A stretch of DNA of 32,000 nucleotides, from positions 450,001 through 482,000 of the forward strand of contig NC_016012.1 of the NCBI RefSeq assembly GCF_000283555.1. The letters run 5' to 3'. The notes beneath the pieces are model-generated. The model searched no databases and was not told where the DNA came from. It was given only the letters and a program-made list of their open reading frames with translations. Source of the stretch: Candidatus Arthromitus sp. SFB-rat-Yit (lineage in GTDB: Bacteria > Bacillota > Clostridia > Clostridiales > Clostridiaceae). The position numbers were made by a program, and so were the translations under genes. This document shows positions 18,020 to 25,352 of the stretch, in pieces. Positions within the stretch are counted from its first letter, which is position 1; the number at the start of each line of letters is the position of its first letter.

Positions 18020-18433
18020 ATGAAGAGTAGTAAATTATTACTTAAAATTATAATATTTATTTTGTGCATATTAGTTAGCATAAAATTCCATACAGAATTT
18101 GCTTATGCAAATGACAATTTTAATAAAAATGTTATTAATGTAGATAAAATTGAAAAATATTGGTGGGGATGCAGGAGATATATGAGTAGTGATCAGGTGA
18201 GTAAATTTTCAAATGATTTTGACCTATTAGCAGCTGAATTTAGTTTAATTGGAGGGCTATCTACTCCTATAAGTTTTTTAAATCCATTACTGGGGATTAT
18301 CACAAGTAGCATGTTTGAAATATCGTCATCATATTGTTGGTTATTATCTACATATCTTGCTAAGGTGGATAGAGGTAATGGAATTATTATAGATTTTATA
18401 AATGGATTTATATTTAGAGTGAGGGCTATTTAA
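18020..18433 (+). CDS. small exported or membrane-associated hypothetical protein
   Basis: ATG 18020 follows GAGGA (18011-18015), whereas the ORF-track TTG 18002 lacks an SD. A signal peptide MKSSKLLLKIIIFILCILVSIKFHTEFAYA is present. The mature part has KYWWGCRRY and a hydrophobic C-terminal half (LIGGLSTPISFLNPLLGIITSSMF). No family was recognised. Confidence 0.55.
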   Translation: MKSSKLLLKIIIFILCILVSIKFHTEFAYANDNFNKNVINVDKIEKYWWGCRRYMSSDQVSKFSNDFDLLAAEFSLIGGLSTPISFLNPLLGIITSSMFEISSSYCWLLSTYLAKVDRGNGIIIDFINGFIFRVRAI

Positions 18434-18435
18434 AT

Positions 18436-18469
18436 AAAAAGAGGACTAATTAATTTTAGTCCTCTTTTT
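18436..18469. terminator. bidirectional rho-independent terminator
   Basis: GAGGACTA (18441-18448) pairs with TAGTCCTC (18457-18464). It is flanked by A5 on the left and T5 on the right, and it sits between convergent genes. Confidence 0.8.
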
Positions 18470-18471
18470 GT

Positions 18472-19236
18472 CTATAAATTTAACATTGAATTCATATTGT
18501 ATATTCCAGCATTTTTTCCAAATAAGTAAAGTGCAGCTTTTATAGCACCTTGTGCAAAAACATCCCGAGATATTGCGGTATGTTTTAATTCTATTATTTC
18601 ATTGTTTCCGCCAAACATAATTTCATGAGATCCAATCATGTTTCCACATCTTATTGAATGAACTCCAACCTCTTTTTTTTCACGTTTCTTTTCACCGAAT
18701 CTACCATGATTAAAATCTACATTTTCATCAAAGTTACTTTTTACAAAATCATTTATTGTATCCATTAACATTATTGCAGTTCCACTCGGTGAATCGAGTT
18801 TTTGATTATGATGTTTTTCAGTTATTTCTATATCATAATCTTTGTAAAGAGATTTGAGTGCTGTTTTTAATAATTTTTGTAGAACATTTATTCCAATACT
18901 CATGTTGTAAGATATAAAAATAGGGATTGTTTTGCTGGCATTATTTATTTTATTTAATTGCTCTTTTGTGTGTCCAGTTGTACAAATTACAATACCTATT
19001 TTTTTATTTAGAGCATAATTTAAAATGCTATCTAGTGAGTTTGGGTGTGAGAAGTCAATTATAATATCAACTTTTTCTTGAACATCATTTATATTAAGAT
19101 AAGTTTTAACATTGCTGTTAATATCTTGTTTTGTATCAACTCCACATACAATTTCTAGGTTATCATAACTTGAACTTAATTTTTCAATTGTTTTTCCCAT
19201 TCGTCCGTTTATACCGTTTAGAAGTATTTTCAACAT
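18472..19236 (-). CDS. dapB: 4-hydroxy-tetrahydrodipicolinate reductase
   Basis: GINGRMGK (NAD(P) site) and EKHHNQKLDSPSGTA (the signature E-x-HH-x2-K-x-D-x-PSGTA) are present. Confidence 0.95.
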   Translation of the reverse strand: MLKILLNGINGRMGKTIEKLSSSYDNLEIVCGVDTKQDINSNVKTYLNINDVQEKVDIIIDFSHPNSLDSILNYALNKKIGIVICTTGHTKEQLNKINNASKTIPIFISYNMSIGINVLQKLLKTALKSLYKDYDIEITEKHHNQKLDSPSGTAIMLMDTINDFVKSNFDENVDFNHGRFGEKKREKKEVGVHSIRCGNMIGSHEIMFGGNNEIIELKHTAISRDVFAQGAIKAALYLFGKNAGIYNMNSMLNL

Positions 19237-19275
19237 TTTTCCTCCAAAGTTTTTTAAATTTAATTACACAAAAAA

Positions 19276-20154
19276 TTAAAGTAAGTTAATATTCTTCATT
19301 TCATTTTTTAACTTGTCTAAATTGTTTGGATCTATTTCAACTAGAGGTAATCTAAAATTACCTACATTTTTACCAATTAAATTTAATGCAGTTTTTATTG
19401 GGATAGGGTTTGTTTCTATGAAAAGTGAATTTATAAAATTTAAATATTTGAGTTGTAGATCTAAAGATTTTTTAACATTTCCATTTATATACTCATGTGT
19501 TATATCATGAACAATTCTAGGAAGTATATTTCCTAAAACTGTGACTGTGCCTTTTCCACCAATACTCATAAATGGAACGATTTGATCATCATTTCCAGAA
19601 TATAAATCGATATTAGGACAAAGTTTTCTATAGAGTATAGCTTGACTTAAATTTCCAGATGCTTCTTTAATTGAAGTAATATTTTTAAGCTTAGAAAGTT
19701 CAAATAACATTTCAGGAGATATATTCATTCCAGTTCTTGAGGGAACATTGTATGCCATAATCGGTAAATCTACTTGATCATTTATAGTCTTAAAATGTTC
19801 GAATAACCCATTTTTAGAAGTTTTGTTATAGTATGGTGTTATAACTAAAAGTCCATCAGCTCCAACCTCTTTTGAAAATTTAGAAAGTTCAAGACTTTTT
19901 TTAGTATTATTTGTTCCTACTCCAGCAATTATTGGAATTTTTTTGTTTACAATCTCAACAGTCGTTTTTATTAATTCTTTTTTTTCGTTATCAGTTAAGG
20001 TAGAACCTTCCCCAGTAGTTCCACAAATTATAATTGCATCTGTGTTATTTTGAATATGCCAAATCAAAAGCTCTTCTAATTTATCTAAATTAATATCACC
20101 ATTTTCTTTAAAAGGCGTAACAATTGCAACACCTGAACCAATAAATAAACTCAT
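19276..20154 (-). CDS. dapA: 4-hydroxy-tetrahydrodipicolinate synthase
   Basis: GSGVAIVTPF, CGTTGEGSTL, YNVPSRTG and IKEASGN (the Schiff-base Lys context) are present. Confidence 0.95.
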   Translation of the reverse strand: MSLFIGSGVAIVTPFKENGDINLDKLEELLIWHIQNNTDAIIICGTTGEGSTLTDNEKKELIKTTVEIVNKKIPIIAGVGTNNTKKSLELSKFSKEVGADGLLVITPYYNKTSKNGLFEHFKTINDQVDLPIMAYNVPSRTGMNISPEMLFELSKLKNITSIKEASGNLSQAILYRKLCPNIDLYSGNDDQIVPFMSIGGKGTVTVLGNILPRIVHDITHEYINGNVKKSLDLQLKYLNFINSLFIETNPIPIKTALNLIGKNVGNFRLPLVEIDPNNLDKLKNEMKNINLL

Positions 20155-20159
20155 AAATG

Positions 20160-21152
20160 TTATTCTCCTTTATTATTTAAAATATATTCTGCTATCTGAA
20201 CTGCATTTAATGCAGCTCCTTTTAAAATGTTATCAGCAACAACCCATATATTTATTGCTTTATCGCAAGACTCGTCAAGTCTAATACGTCCAACAAATAC
20301 GTCATCTTTTCCAGAAATATATCTTGGCATTGGATATTTATTTTGTTTAATGTCATCCATTAATGTAATACCTTTAAAATTTTTAAGTTCATTGAAAATA
20401 TCATTTAGTGTGAAGTTGTTCTCAAATTCTATATTTATGCTTTCACTGTGAGAATTTTCAATAGGAACTCTTACACAAGTGGCAGTTATTTTAAGAGAAT
20501 CATCTTTTAATATTTTTTTAGTTTCATTTATCATTTTCATTTCCTCTTTTGTATAACCATTGTCAGTAAATACATCAATTTGAGGAATTAGATTTCCTTT
20601 TATTAAATATTGAAATTTGTTTAGATTTGATTCAACATCTATATCTAAATCTTTAATACCAAAGTTACCAGCACCAGAAACTGCTTGATAAGTTGAATAA
20701 ATTATTCTTTTAATTTTAAATTTATCATGGAGTGGTTTAAGGGCTATAACAGCTTGTATAGTTGAACAATTTGGATTTGCGATAATTCCATTATTTTTTA
20801 AAGCTTCTTCTCCATTAACTTCAGGAACTACAAGAGGGATGTTTTTATCCATTCTGAACGCACTAGAATTATCAATTACAAGAGCATTTTTTTCTGAAAA
20901 TAGAGGAGAAAATTTAAGGCTTGTATCACTACCAGCAGAGAAGAATGCAAAATCTATATCATTTTTAATATTATCTTCTTTTAATTCAATAACCTCATAG
21001 TCTTTATTTTTAAAATTAAGCTTATATCCTAAAGATTTTTTGGAAGCGTATAGATAAATATTTTTAATAGGAAAGTTTCTTTCTTCTAGTACTTTAAGAA
21101 ATGTTCTTCCTATTTTACCTGTTGCACCAACAACAGCTACATTATATCTCAT
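20160..21152 (-). CDS. asd: aspartate-semialdehyde dehydrogenase
   Basis: VVGATGKIGR is the NADP site. IANPNCSTIQ holds the active-site Cys. YQAVSGAG is present, and His is in the context VRVPIENSHSES. Confidence 0.95.
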   Translation of the reverse strand: MRYNVAVVGATGKIGRTFLKVLEERNFPIKNIYLYASKKSLGYKLNFKNKDYEVIELKEDNIKNDIDFAFFSAGSDTSLKFSPLFSEKNALVIDNSSAFRMDKNIPLVVPEVNGEEALKNNGIIANPNCSTIQAVIALKPLHDKFKIKRIIYSTYQAVSGAGNFGIKDLDIDVESNLNKFQYLIKGNLIPQIDVFTDNGYTKEEMKMINETKKILKDDSLKITATCVRVPIENSHSESINIEFENNFTLNDIFNELKNFKGITLMDDIKQNKYPMPRYISGKDDVFVGRIRLDESCDKAINIWVVADNILKGAALNAVQIAEYILNNKGE

Positions 21153-21186
21153 ATAAATAACCTCCAGATTCTAAAATATAGTATTT

Positions 21187-21215
21187 ATTATATTATAAAT
21201 GAATTTAATAATCAA
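21187..21215 (-). promoter_or_regulatory. sigma-A type promoter of asd-dapA-dapB
   Basis: On the minus strand, TTGATT (21215-21210), a 17-nt spacer, then TATAAT (21192-21187). This lies about 35 nt upstream of the asd ATG. Confidence 0.5.
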
Positions 21216-21234
21216 AAGTAATAAAAGTATATTT

Positions 21235-21264
21235 GAAATAGGTTATGGTTAAACTGTCACTATA
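21235..21264 (+). promoter_or_regulatory. candidate forespore (sigma-G/F-like) promoter of the SASP gene
   Basis: GAAATA (21235-21240), a 17-nt spacer, then CACTATA (21258-21264). The remembered sigma-G consensus is TGAATA-17/18-CATACTA. This is an approximate match in AT-rich DNA. Confidence 0.35.
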
Positions 21265-21380
21265 ATAAATAATATACTTTTCTTTTCAAGAGGTGAATTA
21301 TTATAAGTAATAGCAGTTCTCTAAAAAGGATAATAAAGCAAAAGTTAAAATCAAATAAAAAATTAACTGAATTAGAGCAG

Positions 21381-21563
21381 TTGAGAGAAAATTTAAAATA
21401 TGAAATAGCTGAAGAACTTGGATTAAAAGATAAAGTTGATAAATATGGTTGGAGTGGTCTTACGGCCAGTGAAACAGGAAAAATTGGTGGAATAATGACA
21501 AAGAGAAAGAAAGAGTTGAACGTTCCAAAGAATTCAGATATATTAAATAATTCAAAAGGATGA
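21381..21563 (+). CDS. alpha/beta-type small acid-soluble spore protein
   Basis: LKYEIAEELGL carries the GPR-site region (E-I-A-x-E). GLTASETGKIGGIMTKR is the second conserved DNA-binding block. The coordinates are the ORF-track TTG start. The frame is open upstream to 21297 and a strong SD sits at 21288-21296 (see findings). Confidence 0.85.
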   Translation: MRENLKYEIAEELGLKDKVDKYGWSGLTASETGKIGGIMTKRKKELNVPKNSDILNNSKG

Positions 21564-21590
21564 ATTTTTAAAAATATAAAATTTTAGTTA

Positions 21591-21619
21591 TTGACATTTA
21601 TGAATTAATTATGCATAAT
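21591..21619 (+). promoter_or_regulatory. sigma-A promoter of tRNA-Phe
   Basis: TTGACA (21591-21596), a 17-nt spacer ending in TG (extended -10), then CATAAT (21614-21619). The tRNA starts 35 nt downstream. Confidence 0.6.
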
Positions 21620-21653
21620 AATACCTGTAGTTTACATTTGATATATTTGATTT

Positions 21654-21729
<76 letters not shown>

Positions 21730-21734
21730 AATAT

Positions 21735-21771
21735 TTAAGGCAGTGCTTTTGCACTGCCTTAAATCTTTTTT
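21735..21771 (+). terminator. rho-independent terminator after tRNA-Phe, overlapping the convergent dxr stop codon
   Basis: A 12-bp perfect stem, TTAAGGCAGTGC (21735-21746) with GCACTGCCTTAA (21751-21762). The loop is TTTT and ATCTTTTTT follows. Confidence 0.8.
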
Positions 21772-22910
21772 GATTCTTCATAAACAAATGATTTAACTTC
21801 TTTATCTAATTGGATAATTGTATTTAAATCTGGATTTTCTATAATCGTATAGTTAGATAAAGATTTTTCAATTAGAAGTTCTATATCTAAGAATGAGATT
21901 TTTTTATTTAAAAATAGTCTAACAGCTTCTTCATTTGAAGAATTAAATATTGTTGTTGCAGTACCGCCAAGTTTTCCAGCTTCAAATGCCATTTTTACAC
22001 AAGGATATCTTTCAAAATCCAATTTAGAAAAATTTAGTGATGATATTTCTTCAAAGTTTAATGCTTTGAAGTCTTTGTTTTGTATTCTATCAGGATATGT
22101 TAAAGCGTACTGAATAGGAACTCTCATATCCGGAGTTCCAAGTTGAGCTATTATAGTAGAATCATCGAATTCAACCATCGAATGTATAATGCTTTCACGA
22201 TGAAGGATAACCTTTATGTTCTGATAATCTACATTGAATAAAAAATGTGTTTCGATTATTTCAAGTCCTTTGTTTGCCATTGTTGCAGAATCTATTGTTA
22301 TTTTTGCACCCATTGACCAATTTGGGTGTTTTAATGCATCTTCAATACTAACATTTTTAAGTTCATCTCTTGTTTTATCTCTAAAACTTCCACCAGATGC
22401 CGTTAAAATTAAGTTTTTTATACTTTTATGGTTTTCACCGTTTAAGGCTTGGAATATGGCGGAATGTTCACTATCGATTGGTATGAGATCCACATTGTAT
22501 TCTTCAACTTTTTGATTTATTATGTGACCTGCTGTAACAAGAGTTTCCTTATTTGCGAGAGCTATATTTTTATGGGATTCTATAGCGTGTATAGTTGGTA
22601 AGAGTCCTATATTTCCAACTAGACCGTTTATGATAATATTTGATTTGTTAAATGTTGCAATTTCTAACAATCCATCATTTCCGTATGTGAATTTTATAGT
22701 TGGATACTCCGCACGCATACGTTCAAAATCATTTTTATTTTTTAAACATACAAGTTCAGGAGAAAAATGTTTTAAGATTTTTCTAAGTTCCGCTATATTT
22801 TCTCCTATAGAAATTGAATTTAGTTTAAATTTATGTGGATTGTTTTTTATAACGTCAAGAGATTGTATTCCAATAGATCCTGTTGCTCCTAGAATAGAAA
22901 TATTTTTCAT
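21759..22910 (-). CDS. dxr: 1-deoxy-D-xylulose 5-phosphate reductoisomerase
   Basis: ILGATGSIGIQSLDV is the NADPH site. LANKETLV, IPIDSEHSAIFQ and NWSMGAKITIDSATMANKGLE are also present. Confidence 0.95.
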   Translation of the reverse strand: MKNISILGATGSIGIQSLDVIKNNPHKFKLNSISIGENIAELRKILKHFSPELVCLKNKNDFERMRAEYPTIKFTYGNDGLLEIATFNKSNIIINGLVGNIGLLPTIHAIESHKNIALANKETLVTAGHIINQKVEEYNVDLIPIDSEHSAIFQALNGENHKSIKNLILTASGGSFRDKTRDELKNVSIEDALKHPNWSMGAKITIDSATMANKGLEIIETHFLFNVDYQNIKVILHRESIIHSMVEFDDSTIIAQLGTPDMRVPIQYALTYPDRIQNKDFKALNFEEISSLNFSKLDFERYPCVKMAFEAGKLGGTATTIFNSSNEEAVRLFLNKKISFLDIELLIEKSLSNYTIIENPDLNTIIQLDKEVKSFVYEESKKI

Positions 22911-22931
22911 TATGTAAAATCCCCTTTTAAA

Positions 22932-24761
22932 TTAATGTATGTATGTAAGTGCTTTTATTTTGTCTATCATAAATTCTGTATTAAGACCAGAAATTTTTCT
23001 TAGATTATCAGTATCTCCTTGATGAAAGAAGTTATCTTCAATTCCAAATACTTCAATATCATTTTTGTATTTGTGTTTGATTGCAAATTCACAAATACCT
23101 GATCCAAATCCTCCTATTTTGCAAGCTTCTTCTATTGTTACAATAGGCATATTTGATTTAAATATTTTGTGAAGCATATCTTCATCCATAGGTTTTATAA
23201 AACGAGCATTTACAATTTTTATGCTTATATCTTTTGTCTTAAAAAAATCATATATATCATGTGCAACTTTGAGCATTGGTCCAAATGTTAAAATAGTTAG
23301 ATCATTCCCCTCTTTTTCAACTGTCCATGAGCCAAACTCGATATTTTTAAAGTGAGGAACATGAGTTAAATTGGAGTATCCTCTAGGGTATCTATAAGAT
23401 ATGATTCCTTTATTTTCGTAATTATAAAGACAATTATATAAAAGGTGTTGAGCCTCTATTTGATCTTTTGGCATGACTATTGATATATTTGGTATTGGTC
23501 TAAGAAAACTAATGTCATATATACCGTGATGGGTGTCACCATCACCTGTTGCGAATCCGCATTTATCTACTGCGATTAATAAATTTATGTTTTGTCTTGC
23601 TATATCGTGTATAACTTGATCGTATGCACGTTGTAAGAATGTTGAATATACAAAAAATATTGGTTTAAGATTTGATAAAGCTAATGCACCAGAAAATGTT
23701 GCTGCATGCTGTTCTGCTATTCCTACATCGAAAGTTCTATCAGGAAATTTATTTTTAAAGAACTCTAGTTTAGAACCTTTTGTCATTGCAGGAGAAATGC
23801 AAACTATATTTTTATCTTTTTTCGCAAGACGTTCAACAGTTTCTGATACAATAGATCCCCAAGCTCTATGATTTTGATTTTTGGATTTAATCTTGAGTCC
23901 AGTAGATTTATCAAAAGGACCAATTCCATGCCACGATCCTATATTGTCATTTTCAGCTGTATGAAGTCCCTTACCTTTTTTTGTAATTATGTGAAGAACA
24001 GATGGTCTTGAAATATTTTTAATTTTATTTAGAGCATCTATTAAACTTTTGATATTGTGGCCATCTATAGGTCCTGAATAATTTAAATTTATACTTTGAA
24101 AAAATTGTTTCATTGAAAAATTTATTGATTCATTTTTTTTGAGATTTGATATGCATGAAGACGATTCATATATGTTTGTATTATTATTTTTGGGCATTAG
24201 TGCACAAATATTTTTTGAAATAGACATTTGATTATCATTTAATATAATCAAAAGTTTTTTTTGCTCGTATCCAATATTATTTAGAGCCTCAAGAGCCATT
24301 CCACCAGTTAATGCACCATCACCTATAACGGAAATTATATTTTCCGATGTTTTTTTAAAATCTCTACTAACTGCAAGTGCTAAGGCAGCAGATAAAGATG
24401 TAGAACTATGACCTGTTTCCCAAATATCAAAATTGCTTTCACATCTCCTTGGAAATCCCGAAAGTCCATTAAATTTTCTCAGAGAGTCAAAAAATTTTGC
24501 TCTACCTGTAAGGATTTTATGAGTATAGCATTGATGACCAACATCAAAAATTAACTTATCTTTTTCAAAATCAAAAATATAATGTAGTGCTATTGTTAGT
24601 TCTATAACTCCAAGATTTGAAGAAACATGTCCACCTGTATGACTTAAAGATTCAATTAAAAAATCCCTTATTTGTTCAGAAAGTAAGTAAAGTTTATCAA
24701 TTGAAAGATTCTTCAAAAAACTTGGATTATCTATTCTATATAAATGATCAAAATTTTTCAT
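22932..24761 (-). CDS. dxs: 1-deoxy-D-xylulose-5-phosphate synthase
   Basis: GGHVSSNLGVIELTIALHY, the ThDP motif GDGALTGGMALEALNN...LNDN, DVGIAEQHA, and a transketolase C-terminal domain are present. Confidence 0.95.
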   Translation of the reverse strand: MKNFDHLYRIDNPSFLKNLSIDKLYLLSEQIRDFLIESLSHTGGHVSSNLGVIELTIALHYIFDFEKDKLIFDVGHQCYTHKILTGRAKFFDSLRKFNGLSGFPRRCESNFDIWETGHSSTSLSAALALAVSRDFKKTSENIISVIGDGALTGGMALEALNNIGYEQKKLLIILNDNQMSISKNICALMPKNNNTNIYESSSCISNLKKNESINFSMKQFFQSINLNYSGPIDGHNIKSLIDALNKIKNISRPSVLHIITKKGKGLHTAENDNIGSWHGIGPFDKSTGLKIKSKNQNHRAWGSIVSETVERLAKKDKNIVCISPAMTKGSKLEFFKNKFPDRTFDVGIAEQHAATFSGALALSNLKPIFFVYSTFLQRAYDQVIHDIARQNINLLIAVDKCGFATGDGDTHHGIYDISFLRPIPNISIVMPKDQIEAQHLLYNCLYNYENKGIISYRYPRGYSNLTHVPHFKNIEFGSWTVEKEGNDLTILTFGPMLKVAHDIYDFFKTKDISIKIVNARFIKPMDEDMLHKIFKSNMPIVTIEEACKIGGFGSGICEFAIKHKYKNDIEVFGIEDNFFHQGDTDNLRKISGLNTEFMIDKIKALTYIH

Positions 24762-24905
24762 TTTTTTCCCATCCTAAAATGTTTTTTAAATCAAAAGGAT
24801 ATTTAATTATAACATTAAAACAATAATTAAAAAATCAAAATTGAGTTATTTATTTTTAAATTTAATTTAAAACATTAGGATTATAGAAGTAAAGATAAGA
24901 TAAAA

Positions 24906-25151
24906 CTAATCATTTTTAATAGTAATTTTATTTTTTTTACTATTTTTTGAATTGTTTAATAAAAGTATTCTATTTACTGATGATTGGCTGTAAGAGTTTA
25001 AGACTGCTTTATTAGGCAAGTTAGTGAGTGGTATAGTTATACTTACATCTCCGTTTACATCTAATGGAACCTTTATCATAGAATTTACAGACAAGTAGGA
25101 TGGCAGGGTTAAATAAGAAATTAGTGCAGTACCTAATAATACTTTTTTCAT
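24906..25151 (-). CDS. small hypothetical protein with an N-terminal hydrophobic segment
   Basis: An 81-aa ORF. A strong SD (GGAGGA) lies 7 nt before the ATG. The N-terminus MKKVLLGTALISYLTLPSYL looks like a signal or anchor. No family was recognised. Confidence 0.5.
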   Translation of the reverse strand: MKKVLLGTALISYLTLPSYLSVNSMIKVPLDVNGDVSITIPLTNLPNKAVLNSYSQSSVNRILLLNNSKNSKKNKITIKND

Positions 25152-25185
25152 TCAATATCCTCCAAAGTTAATATTAAGTTAAAAA

Positions 25186-25231
25186 TATTCAATAAATATT
25201 AATAAATTATACTATAAATATTTATTGAATA
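25186..25231. repeat. 15-bp perfect inverted repeat with a 16-nt spacer in a divergent intergenic region
   Basis: TATTCAATAAATATT (25186-25200) and AATATTTATTGAATA (25217-25231). It lies between the 81-aa gene (minus strand) and the M16 peptidase gene (plus strand). Confidence 0.5.
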
Positions 25232-25352
25232 AAATACAAATTTTAGATACAAATTTTTATAATTTGAATATCTTAGTTTTTTATAGAAAGTATAATAAAA
25301 ATTTTTAAAACTGAGAAAACTTACTATTAGTAAAATTAAGGAGGAAATTAAT

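Noticed and set aside
21153-21290. Possible lysine riboswitch (L-box) upstream of asd-dapA-dapB.
   Set aside because: The asd leader is only about 35 nt from a good TTGATT-17-TATAAT promoter to the ATG. The minus-strand sequence shows none of the GC-containing L-box helices (for example the AGAGGCGC core), and there is no room for an element of about 180 nt.
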